From positions 69,688,001 through 69,752,000 of the forward strand of contig OZ336878.1 of NCBI GenBank assembly GCA_965287045.1: 64,000 bases of DNA, given 5' to 3'. This document shows positions 12,690 to 24,379 of the stretch, piece after piece. Every line of letters starts with the position of its first letter. Position 1 is the stretch's first letter. The translations under genes and the position numbers were made by a program. This DNA comes from Carcharhinus amblyrhynchos. Taxonomy: Eukaryota. A model generated the notes under the pieces. That model saw nothing but the letters and a program-made list of their open reading frames with translations. It ran no database searches and was not told the DNA's origin.

Positions 12690-12970
12690 CCAGCCTTGAC
12701 GTGGCACATTTGCAGGAGACAGGGATCTGGCAATGAATTTAGGACAAGAAAAAAAAGGGTGGGTTGGGCCTAGCAATCCATATATGGGATGATGTCACCC
12801 CAGGGAGATTGGGTATGCACTGTGCCGCTGGAGAGACCGCTAGAATTGCCTGCTCTCAGACATGGGTCTGTATATAAAATGGTACCAGATGTTTTAGTGT
12901 AATGCTAAACAGTCATTTCATCTTTCGGCCAGCTTTCTTAGCGAGGCAGGAAGTGGGCCCCTTGTATGGA
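12690..12970 (-). promoter_or_regulatory. Candidate Dnm3os promoter/proximal regulatory region
   Basis: Perfect CArG CCATATATGG 12778-12787; TATA-like TATATAAAA 12871-12879; E-box CAGATG 12886-12891; ETS CAGGAAGT 12947-12954 beside CArG-like CCTTGTATGG 12960-12969; TGACGTGG 12697-12704. The cluster lies directly upstream of miR-199. Confidence 0.55.
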
Positions 12971-15900
12971 AAAGCTGTAAAATCAAGATGAACCATTTTA
13001 GTGCAATAGTTTTGAACAGTTAACTAAAATATATATAACTGGCAGGAAAATTGATCCATGTTTATGTTAGTAAATACTTAAGACTTATTGTGAAGGGAGC
13101 ATTTGTTTCTAATTTGTAACAGTTTTAGCTCAGTTCCTGTTCAGTACAGAAAGGGGTATAGGCTCCTCTCAAATGCTAGAACTGTCAGTACTAAGAATCA
13201 TGCCCTAGACTTGAACAGTAATTATAGCTACTTCCTGAAAGTGAAGCTCATGAAAAGTCTGGAGAAATGTTCTTTGTCATGGCCTACACATGAGTAATTA
13301 GTTCCACATGTGGCCTTCCTATTTCCTGTTAGCTATTTTGGCTGGTAAGCTGGCTGAATTGTTAGCTGATCTCTAAACCTAGATCTTTCGAGTACAACTA
13401 TCTTCTGAAAAATTATTTGAATAATTTATGTGCTTAATTGCAGCTAGTACAAAAGTGTGATAGTAAGCTGTGTTGCATTCATTTGACAGCACAGCTTTGA
13501 AACATCTTAAAGTTACTATGCAATTGAACACTGTTTAGACTAGGATGAATATGGAGTTATGGAATAAGCCTGTGTATATTTCCCTGCTGCTTCAAGTAAG
13601 ACATTCTTGCTCTGTAGGCTCTGTCTGCCAAAGTCAGCACTGGATTTTTACTGAAATGCTTCAGTAACAAAATACACTATTGTGAAGAGAGAGTGAAAAC
13701 ACTGCTTTAAATCAAAAGCTAATGTATTCATAGAACCATATCTTCAGACTAGTTAATATGAATTTATTCAGCTCGAAATTTTATTCAAAAGTAAAATACT
13801 TTCAACAACTCACTAGCTCTTGTGCGTAGAAATAGAAATGAGTTACATGTAACAGATGTTGAAGTGAAATGAAGTCACACGTTACACATTCCTGCTCAGC
13901 TTTAGTTTTGAATTTAATACATCATCTCTTCTTTCAGAAGCTAGAACTATAAGTTACTGAATCCTTACCATTTTAGCACAAAAGCTATACTTTAATATAG
14001 TTCTGATTTACCCTTTAAAAATGTGATTACGGTATAAGTTACAAGAAAACATTAATAAGTACTGGTTGATTTTACTTCGGTTACACGTTACATGTCTATG
14101 CAGTTTTTTTTTGCTGGATTTATACTGATCCAAATTGAAGAGAATCTAGAGCAGTCTAGTCTCATGTTTTTAATTTGCTTCACTCCCAACTGGATAGAAT
14201 TTTTCGATTTTCCATTCCATCTATCCCTCAAACATGGTGAAGATGTACATTTGTGGAGATTTATATTATCGGCTTAAGTAGCCCACTCAGTGTTGGACTT
14301 GACTGTGCCTAACCTCTTTGGAGTACAACAAAGACTGAAAGGAGACTTTCATCTTTCAGTCTGAGTTTCATTTATAAAAAGGTCCCTAAAGTGAAAGCAC
14401 AGTATGGTACTCTGAACCATTGAGTCAGAATTCATAAGTATATCAACTTATATGGTAGGAAATTTGATTTAAGTTTTGGAAGCGGTGGATGGGATATTTC
14501 CACCTTAAATTACCAGTGTTGGCATTGACGTACACTCAGTGCTGGTATCAAATATATTAACATTTGCATGTCAGGTATTCAGTGGCAGAAAAAAGAAAAA
14601 CCTCTCTTCCAGAATAACATACCTTATCCTCAAATTAGGAAGAGTATTTTCTGCTGCACCCAAATAACTCTTCCATGTCCTTGCCCATCATCCTTACGAG
14701 CCCTCTAAAATTCGAGTTGCAACATAGAGTTTCTAGTGACATAAAGAGATTTTGCCAGCATGAAAGATCACCAATTCTGCATTTCGATATACATTGGTCA
14801 ACCTAAGGCCGGTGCCTTTAATTTAACGATGCCAGACATGGATCAAGTCAGTTTGTATTGAATGTATGTGCATTGTGAGTGCTCACATTCATTGGAAAGC
14901 GATCTGATGCTGACTTACATCTAATTTTTCCATATTGTAGGAAGTTAGTTGTACTGTTGTATATATCGTAGTCTAAGGCAAATTGCATTTTGCATTCCTT
15001 AACTGTTTGCAGAGGAATCAACATTCTGTTGGTACCCAAAACATGCTTTGATTGTATTGGGGCATGGTCAGGAATTTGTCAAGATAAGTTTAATGGATTT
15101 GAAAACTTGACCATGAGACTAGAGTCAGAAATTGTATCTGAGACCTATTCTAGCCTGAGTGATCTATCAGGCACCACATTTACTATTGAGGAGTTCCTTA
15201 TTAATTAGAAAATGATCCTGCAAGAAAATTCATTTGCTAGTAAACCTCTTAAGTTCCAATCACCATGTTAATGTTGATGATCCTAAAATCTCAGTGAAGG
15301 TAAAGGATAGATCCTAACTGAAAAATGAGATCCCTTGTGTTATGTATTTGTATTTGTTCCTATTGTCTCATTGGAGCTCTGCTGTATTAATGTATTCGTC
15401 AGAAATGATGTAATATACCCAGCGCGGGAAACAGAGAAAGAAGAAGCAGTCATAAAAGAGATCACACACCATTAATAAAGCTCAGTTCATTTTTACCAGA
15501 TTCTGTCCTGTGTATCACGTCTCCAATACACAAGGAAAACTTGCAATAAGGAATACGGACGGACCTGCATTCGCTGACCAACTGGAAAGAAGAAATTAAC
15601 TGAGGAAAAGTTGTAATAAAAAGAAAATTTTCGCAAATGCTGGGCTGGGACTTGAATAAATGATACTCTGCAGCAGACTATAGAGCTGGCTCTGATAAAT
15701 TAAGGGCTGAAGCTCGATTAGGTATCTTGTGTATAAGGAAATTGAGGTAGCTGCTGGAAATGGGGGTGCGAAGTGTGCATATGAGAAACGTGCTTAAGTG
15801 AAAAAAATGGCGGTCATTGGATCTTTGGATGAAAATGGGGAGTAATGGAGCTCCTAAATTTAGTATTTTGATTAATTTGCGCAAGCAAACAAAATAGCTG

Positions 15901-18737
15901 AAGATATGGTGCCCATTTTCGTGAGTGCAATGGGGGGAAAACGTTTAATCTTCTCTGTAGTTTGCAACCTGGCAAACCCAGCAGTGAAAGATACAGATTG
16001 TGGACATTCTGCAAGCACATTTTTCACCAAAACCCCTGGGAATTGCAGAACACTTTAGATTCCTCAAAAGAAACGAAGAGGAGTAGGAGTCAATCCACAA
16101 TTTGTGGCAGTGCTTGCAGAATATTGAGAGTTTTGAGATGTGCTGAATGCCACTGCTCAGGACAAATTTGTGGTTAATGCAATGACACCAAAATGTCTGT
16201 TAACTGAGAGTAATCGTACTCTGAAGAAGACCATTGAATTTGCTGTTTCTATGGAACTGGCTGCAAAGGAAGCTCAGCAATTGAGTTTGTATACTTGAAT
16301 GCACAAAATGTCTACTGAATCGATACCCAAAGCCACCGAAGCTCACACGTTTTACTGGTGTGCAAAGCCAGAACATCCTGCTGCTGAATGTTGATGTAAA
16401 GGTATGGAATGTCAAAGTTGTGAAAAAATGACACATAGCATGTGCCTGCAGGAAGAAAAAGTGAGCCATGAAGAAGAGAAGTAAGAACAAATTAAGACAG
16501 CATTTAAACAAAGTAAAAAAATCCATTCTATACAACAGGGTCAAAAAGAGTGAAGAGGCTCACAGTCAGAGAAGGAATTATCAGGTAGCTACAGCTGGTA
16601 CTACACACAGATACTGGGTCACTCCGCTGCTGGTGGACAGCTGGTAAGGATGGAAGTTGACACTGGGGCAGCAGTCTCCCTGGTGCCAGAGACAATCTAT
16701 AATGAGGATCTCCAATTCATTCCCTTAAGGTCGTCAAGGACAGTGCTGAAGATGTGCATAGATGAAGTGGTTCCTCAGAAGGGCCACATTGATATGGCAG
16801 TGCAATTCAATGTGCAACCAGCAGATTTGCCTCTACACATAATGAAAGGAAATTATCCAATGTAGGTCAGTCGCACATGGCTGCAGATGATTCCACTGAA
16901 CTGAGCTGAAGTCAACGTGATGACCAATGGAGAATCAGGCCTTAGAAAAATTTTAAAGCAACATGCTGTTGTTATTGATGGACAATTCGAGAGCATGAAA
17001 GAAAATACAGTCCAAACTGAAAATAAAAGATGGAGGCCAAAAGAAATGCTCAAGGGCAATGTCTGTACCATTACTCTTACGCGGAAGGTGGAAGCTGACT
17101 TGGAGCGACTGGTGAAGTTCTGAAACCTGTCAGCATCAGTGAATGGGCCATGTTTACTGTCCCAATCATCAGAAAGATGGATCTCGAAGGATTTGCACAG
17201 ACTTCAAGGTCATCACAAATCTGGTGTTATGTGCTGATCAGTACCCATTACCTTGCATTGAAGATTTAATTGCAGGATTGGCAGGAGGCCACAATTCACC
17301 TCAATCAGGCCTAGTTGCAGATCAATGTGGACAAGAAGTCACAGGAATCTCTGACAATCATGGCACGTACAGGCTTGTTCCAGTACCAAAGATTGCCTTT
17401 TGGTATCACACCTGCTCCTGCATTGCTTCAAAGGGCAATGGATCAAATGGAATCCAATGTTATGTGGATGACATCCTAATCACTGGAATAGTTGAAGAGG
17501 AACACTTTTGAAACCTGAATGTCACCTTCCAGAGATTGGAAGGCTATGGTCTGAGAGTCCGTAAGGACAATTGTGAGTTTTCCCAATCCTCCATTGAATA
17601 TTTGGGACATGTGATTGATGCCAGTGGTCTTCACAGATCTCCGTATAAGGTTAAAACCATTACAGAGGCACTTGCACCTCTGAATATTAATCAACTATGT
17701 TCCTTCATGGGATTGTTGAATTATTATGGAAGGTTTATCCCAAACTTGGTAGCAATTCTGAAAGCAGTACATGGTTTTGAATCAATGCAACAACACCTTC
17801 ACAAAAACCAAATAAGCATTCCTTAAGTCTGAAGCTGTGACACGCTTTGATCCTACTTTACCGGTGCAGTTAGCTTTGTGATGCATCTCTTTATGGTCTA
17901 TGAGTGATGGTCTCCCACATCATGCCATCGAGTGAAGAAAGACTCATTGCTTTTGCTTCTCGAGCCTTGAGCAAAGCTGAAAGTAACTATGCCCAGATTG
18001 AATGGGAAGCACTAGGGATCACTTTTGGAGTAAAACAAAATCCATCAGTTCCTGTATGGGGAAGAGTTTACATTGTTGACGGAACACCCTCCACTCACTA
18101 GCATTTTTGGACCACACACAGGAATCCCATCACTTATAGCAGGTAGAATGCAAAGATGGACATTGCTTTTGTCTGCACATTACCATTAAGGATTGACAGT
18201 CAAGGCTACATTGTAATGCGAATGGGCTTTCAAGAATACCATGACCGGACAGTTCTTCAGACTGCTCAAAGGGGAATTTCTTACACTTTGGACAAGTGGA
18301 CAACACACGTATCACTTCTAGGCAAGTGAAAAAATACACTTGGAGCAATCCTGTGCTCTCAGAAGTGATGGATCTGGTTTTATGAGGAAAGACTTTGGAA
18401 TTAACATGTAACCTGAAACCTTACTAGTTCAGGAGATTGCAGCTGTTGGTACAGTCAGGACGTCTTCTTTGGGGAATCATTCTGCCATCATTGAGAATGA
18501 TCATGTTAGAGAAGCCACAACAGGACCACTGCAGAGTCATATGCATGAAAGAAATAACAAGGAGTTATGTCAGTTATTCTGGACTTGATGCAAAAATTGA
18601 GGATAAAACTAGAACATGTTCTTCTTGTGCAAAGGTAAGAAACCTGTCACCCTTAGCATTGCTGCATCAATGGGAATGGCCTGAAGCAGTTTGGCAACGA
18701 GTGCATATGGAATCTGCAGGACCTTTCAAAGAACATA

Positions 18738-19385
18738 AGTTAAGGAACGCTAATAGAATGTTGGTCCTTATTTCAAAGGGGTTAGAGTATATAAGTAAGG
18801 AAGTCCTACTGCATCTATACAAGGCACTGGTGAGACCACATCTAGAGTACTGTGAGCAGTTTTGGTCTCGTTTTTAAGGAATTAAATTTCATTGGAGGCA
18901 GTTCAGAAAAGATTCACTAGGGATATTCCCCAGTATGGAGGAATTGTCTTACAAAGAAAAGTTAAACAGATTGAGACTTTACTCATTGGAAGTTAGAAGA
19001 ATGAGAAGTGATGTCATTGAAACATAAAGGATCCTTAAGGGATTTGACAGGTTAAATGCAGAGAGAGAAAGCTCCTGATGGGAGAGTGTAGGACCAGAGG
19101 GCATTGTCTCAGAATAAAGGGGCGCCAATTTAAGACTGAGCTGAGGAGGAATTTCTTCTCTGAGTGTTGTGAATCTTTGGAATTCCTTTCCATAGAGAGC
19201 TATGGGGGTTGAGCAGGGTATTTAAGGCTGAGATAGATTTTTGATCACTAAGGGAATCAGGGTTATAGGGAAAGGACCGGAAAGTGAAAGTGAAGAATGT
19301 TGGATCAACCCCTGATCCTATTGAATGGTGGAACAGATTTGAGGGGCCGAACAGCCGAATCCCTCTTCCTATTTCTTATTGTGTT
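18738..19385 (+). mobile_element. CR1 LINE 3' fragment inserted in the Gypsy integrase
   Basis: ANRMLVLISKGLEYISKEVLLHLYKALVRPHLEYCEQFWS motif and a CR1-type 3' tail (TTCCTATTTCTTAT); the integrase resumes immediately afterwards. Confidence 0.9.
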
Positions 19386-19554
19386 AGCAACAATTGATAC
19401 TCACACCAAATGGCATCTAGCTCATCTGAGAAGACTATGGAGAAGCTAGGAGAAGTATTTTGTTGCGTTGTATTCCCTGAACGGTCAGTAAGTCACAGTG
19501 GGCTTCAATTTCTTTTGCATGAACTTCCTACAAGAAAATCGTATTCAACACCTT

Positions 19555-20480
19555 GAGGGTGATTCTCCCAAAATTGGCTGAATTGGCAGGAAAATTGCTC
19601 TTTGTTCTGACTGTTCAGCTTCTCACCTGAATCTCCACTCTGTGCACTGAAGAGGCCCCAGTTGTGAATATCATTAAAAATCCAGGGCCAGCCTGGGACC
19701 ATTGCAGTACTGCCCCAACCACCCCCCTCCACCACCCTCGCCCAATCGCGGCCCCCACAGCAATTCCCGGGCCAGCCCTGACACCCCCCACTCCTCCCCG
19801 TCCTGTCCCGGAGCACCCCGATATTCTGCCCACGCACCCAGCAGTGGTGATCCCCCTACCCCCCTCACCCAGGCTGCTCCCTCCCACTCTGCCCCAATCA
19901 CTGCCGTCCCTCCATCCCAAACTGATCCTGTCTGCAGAGTGGCAACAGGATCCCCCACTCCTACTGATCGCCCCTAAGCCTGCCCACAATAGGCCCTGCA
20001 CCCTTGGCACTGCCCAATGCCTGATGGGCAGTGCCACAGTGCCTCCTGGGCATGGGCACTTTGCCCCTTGGGCAGTGTCAGAGGGCACAGGCTGGCGCTG
20101 CCAGGATGCCCGTGCCCAGGGGGCACCAAAAAAATCCCACCGCCCAGTCCCCTGGGGGGGCTCCGATTGCCCCCCACCCCCCTTCATTCAGTGGGATCTC
20201 TCGCTAGTTTCACAAACGTGCGGAGCTAGTCTGAATGAAGTACTCCTGGCGGAGTGGGAGATTCATTCAGGACCTGACCCAATATTGAACACATATACAT
20301 ATTTAAAATACATGCAGAAAAGACTTAAATCACTTACCTGCCTCCCTGACTGTTTACCAGCTCTGGGAGATGCGCGTGTGTTCCCGGCGCATGCGCAAAT
20401 CCGTGTTCAAGGCTGCAGACGCGCGTCTCCCCCCACAACCCGCCAGAAAAATTGTGGGTCGCAACGGAAGAATTGCAGCC
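19555..20480. mobile_element. GC-rich non-autonomous TIR element inserted in the Gypsy integrase
   Basis: It splits the integrase motif (N.IQH | ITSPPYHP). Imperfect TIRs are GAGGGTGATTCTCCC / GGAAGAATTGCAGCC, flanked by CTT/ATT, with internal palindromic GGCACTGCCCA..TGGGCAGTGCC motifs. Confidence 0.75.
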
Positions 20481-22929
20481 ATTACTTCCCCACCGTATCA
20501 CCCTGCTACTAATAGACTAGCAGAATGCTTTGCCCAAACTCAGAAACACTTTGAAAGCAACCATGTTACAATGTTTGTTTATGAAAACACCTTAACAAAT
20601 TCTTGCTGGCCTACCGGAATACCATACATTCCAAGAACAAGACCTCTTCTGCTTTACTCACGATAAAAAGGCAACTGTGTTCTGCATTTGATCTTTTAAA
20701 ACTTCCAAAAACTAAGGAGATTGTGCAAAGAGAACAAGCACAAGTGGAATGGCAAGAAGGCAAGGCAAAACACAAGCATTTACCACCAATAGCAAGGAGT
20801 TTTGGCTTGGAACTACTCCACAGGAGAAATGTGTTCCTGCCACCATCCTTGTGCAAACTAGACCTGTCTCTTATACTGTCCAGACTAGAGATAACATTAT
20901 CTGGAGGAGACATGCAGACCAGTTATTGGCTGGAAGAATACATCTCCCAAATCTGGAGCCTGATGAAAATTCAGGATTAGACTTACAAAGTCCTGACTTG
21001 AACCTTCCTATAACCTCTATTCTACCAAACACTTGAGGCAACAACACCTTACCTTCTTTTTAGATGCAGAGACAACCTCTAATTTGACAGATCAGTGATG
21101 GTTAAACCAACCATTGATGGCATCAGTGCAAAGATGAAGCTGCCAGAGGTTCCCATCAGTACGAAGAAGACACTAGATATTTGCTGTCAACTATTCCGAC
21201 AGTGATGACTTCAGACCATCTGACTTATTAGTAGTGATTGACTTATTGAGTATTGTTCATGTTGAACCTGTTTTGAACATGTTTAGGGATATTCAATTTA
21301 AGGGGAAGGAAATGTTATGTACTTACATTTATTCCAAATATCTCACTGGAGCTCTGCTGTGTTAATGTATGCATTGGAAACGATGGACTAGATCTAGAGC
21401 AGGAAGCAGAAAGGGAAGAAGCAGCTATGGAAAAGATCACACACTATTAATAAAGCTCTGTTCATTTTTGACTGAAGTCTGGCTCATCTATCATGCCTCC
21501 AATACACTATACCATGTATGGAATTTAGGTTAGAGTTTCTGCCTCAGATGCAATCAGCAAATTGGGTGCAAATTTGAATTCATTTACAAAGTGATTTTGT
21601 TTTGCTCAAGTTTCCGCCCAAACTCATATGTGTACCATCAAATAACAAACTCTGTCATGACCCAGTGCAACCAAATAGAACTTTAGAACATAATTTCTTT
21701 TGCATTAAAAGAATTCCTGTACATGATTAACAGTGGTAATGTGGTGCAGTTTTATTAAAACAGCTGAAAATGGATTAATCACAAGAAATAAGCATTTTTA
21801 AACGGTTTTAGCTGTGCAGAACCACTTACTTTCTTCATTGGCACAAAATAACTTTTAAGAGGGGTTTATTAGTGTTCTTGCAATGAAAAGTACAGCTTAT
21901 TTTTAAGAGCCTCTTCGAAGGCTCACAACTGGGTGGAATTAGTGAACATTCACAACAGTGATTGATTTGATCTGGGGGCAAGACCAATTTTGTGGGTGAG
22001 GCTGTCATACAGTTTTTTGAACTTGTACAAAAGATTTGACTGATTTTGGGTGAATTGCACTACCTCACAAAAACTTCCAGCTTTTTCTTAAATTCGCACA
22101 TATTATTAATCGGTGAACTCACATTGTCATGAAAAAAGTGACACAATAATAACAATAGAAATTAGATCACAATTTTCTTTGTAGATGATATATGGGTGCA
22201 TCTTGCAAATGTGCGTAGCTAATGATATCTTGCTTTTCATCAGATGTTTTTTATTTTTGTGATATCAGATCTGGGTTCTGGAGTGATAAGACCTTAAAAT
22301 ACCAAGCATAATCATTCAGTTGTAACATGCTAGTCCATTATTTGTTAATTTTGGTTGCCTAAAGTCCATGTTAGGATTTTGTTGCACTAGGCTATTTTAA
22401 AGCAGTTTTTAACTTGATAGATGCTGTAATCCATTGTTTTGAAGCTAGTTAAACTTCTTCACAATTTTACCATCTATGAACATGCATGTGAACATGTGAG
22501 TGGTCATTTGGCCCTTCAAGCCAGTCCTTCAGATTACATTCTGTCGACCAATTCAACTAATGTTTAATGTTCAAAATCTATTCTTTATTTTCTTTCCTTA
22601 TCAAATAAATTCGGACTGTGAAGTCAAATAGAAGTTTGAATTATATCAAATTCACTTCAAGGTTAAATCAAAATGATTAAATATATAAAAATATCAAAGT
22701 AAGTAGTAAATTAAATTGTTTGTATTAATAAAGTGAACTCAAGAATCATTGGAAGCAGATAACTCCTAAAATCTTTGCTCGGATCAGACTTATAATTAGT
22801 TGGCTGAAAACATAAAGTTGTCACATAAATTTAGCACTAGATTTATCATTCCAATGGCTGAACTATTGATAACCAAAGGGCATGAAATTACGTTGAAAAA
22901 CCAGAGGTGCAGCGACAAAAAATTTGAGT

Positions 22930-23510
22930 GGTGTTTTCCACTAATATGACGTTTGGTCAGTCAAAAGAAAAGTTTTGTCTGCCCCACAATTGAGCAACAT
23001 TGTGTATGTATTTCAATGCCAGTGCAACAACAGATACATAGGCTGTATGTCCAGTGATTGACTGATCAAATCAAACTCTGGCTGCTCATAATAGGCAGAG
23101 TACATTCCATACTGAACCAGCCCATGCTTGTAAAACATCAAATAAAATGTCTATCTATTAGATGCAATACCCTGATTGGACAGCACAGTTCTGAGTGCAC
23201 TAATAACTTCACTAACAACCAATTTAAGACAGTCAGTTGGGCTCATGATGTGGCTTATTTGTGTTTGCTTGGAGCAACATACATTCATACAGAAGGATTT
23301 GTTCTCTGCAAACAAAAGGAATATGTTCAAGCCTTGTGCCTTTTCAAAAATTGCCTGGAAGCATGGGAAGCTCAAACTTCCCTGTTTCATTTCTCCATAG
23401 CAACACATCGGCCAATCACATTTGACTTGCCAGCCAATCAGCACACTTTTCTCCTATATATGAATTGTGATCTTTTGAAATTTGACATTCTTGCACTTGT
23501 CTGGATGACA
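22930..23510 (+). mobile_element. Penelope-like element remnant (GIY-YIG endonuclease end)
   Basis: Translation near 22990-23080 gives SNIVYVFQCQCNNRYIGCMS...LTDQIK (VY...YIG signature), followed by IGQH and L.ATYIHT...LCKQKEYV fragments. Confidence 0.7.
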
Positions 23511-24379
23511 TTGTCCTGGAAGAAAATTCATTAGTATCTTTCAAAAGAAAATTGGATAAATACTTGAAGGAGAAAGAACTGCAAGGGTACGCGGAAAGAG
23601 TATGGGTGTGGGACAAACTGAAATGCTCGACTAACAGATCAGTGATGAGTTGAATTGCCTTCTTCTGTGCCAGTACTATTCTGTGATTCTGCCACATCAC
23701 ACCACCCAAATCCATGTAAATTTAAAACTAATATAGCACAGCAATGTTTAATATTAATGAAGAATATGTATAGGCACTTTACAAAGTGAAGAAGGTGCTG
23801 AGTCACAGTCGAGATTGAACGGTGGTGCCTGAATGATGTGGTGAAGGTTAGAGAAGATGCTCATGATGTCATATTCTGTGGACCAAAAGATGATTCATGA
23901 CTTGGAGGATGTTGCAAAGGTGGCCAGTTAAGGATGGGGATAATAGGTCGGAAGAATTTAGGCATCTACATTTTTGATGCGTTAGAATTTGTGAGGGAGA
24001 AAGGTGGAAAACTAAAATACAATTTGTAATTTAACTGTTCAATGATGACGCACGGCGCAACACAAATTACTGGCATTAGTCCCTCTTGCAGAATATGGAA
24101 GGGAGCAGACAAGATCCAGCCACTGAGCCTGATGGAGGAGATGGCATTGTGCATCATGTGATGGCTGATACAGAGACAGTAGTATTTCACATCGTCGTGA
24201 ACGCATAGCAAGATGATCTGTTTCTGCCTTATGTCCCTTCTCAAATCCGACCTCAATCTCATCTTGCTATGTGGCATGATATGCAAGCTATGAGTAATCT
24301 AACTGTGGGCTTCCTGTTCACGCTCCATCTCTGAACACCCCCCCCACCTCCCCAACCCCTTCCCAACCCTCCCCTTCCG

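Larger units (their letters stand above)
7990..12850 (-). ncRNA. dnm3os: Putative Dnm3os-like antisense primary transcript hosting miR-199 and miR-214 (boundaries approximate)
   Basis: Both miRNAs are co-oriented, ~4.3 kb apart and antisense to dnm3, as at the known vertebrate locus. A candidate minus-strand AATAAA lies at 7993-7998 and a promoter-like motif cluster at 12690-12970. The ends are inferred. Confidence 0.6.
15338..21511 (+). mobile_element. Full-span decayed Ty3/Gypsy LTR retrotransposon
   Basis: Two ~200-bp LTRs starting TGTTATGT (15338 and 21313); PPT AAGGGGAAGGAAA before the 3' LTR; degenerate PBS near 15541; probable TSD CCTTG/CCATG. Domain order is Zn-knuckle, protease VDTGA (16650), RT YVDDIL (17461), RNase H IAFASRALSKAE (17940), integrase WEWP..WQRVH (18670) and TSPPYHPATN (20484). 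Many stops and frameshifts. Confidence 0.92.

Noticed and set aside
19505-20512. Overlapping ORFs up to 282 aa on both strands
   Set aside because: They lie in a GC-rich non-autonomous insert where stops are rare; only the last residues run into Gypsy sequence.
23485-23530. Possible hammerhead at the end of the GIY-YIG relic
   Set aside because: It reads CTGGATGA with no clear stem II or GAAA geometry, so it is too degenerate to call.
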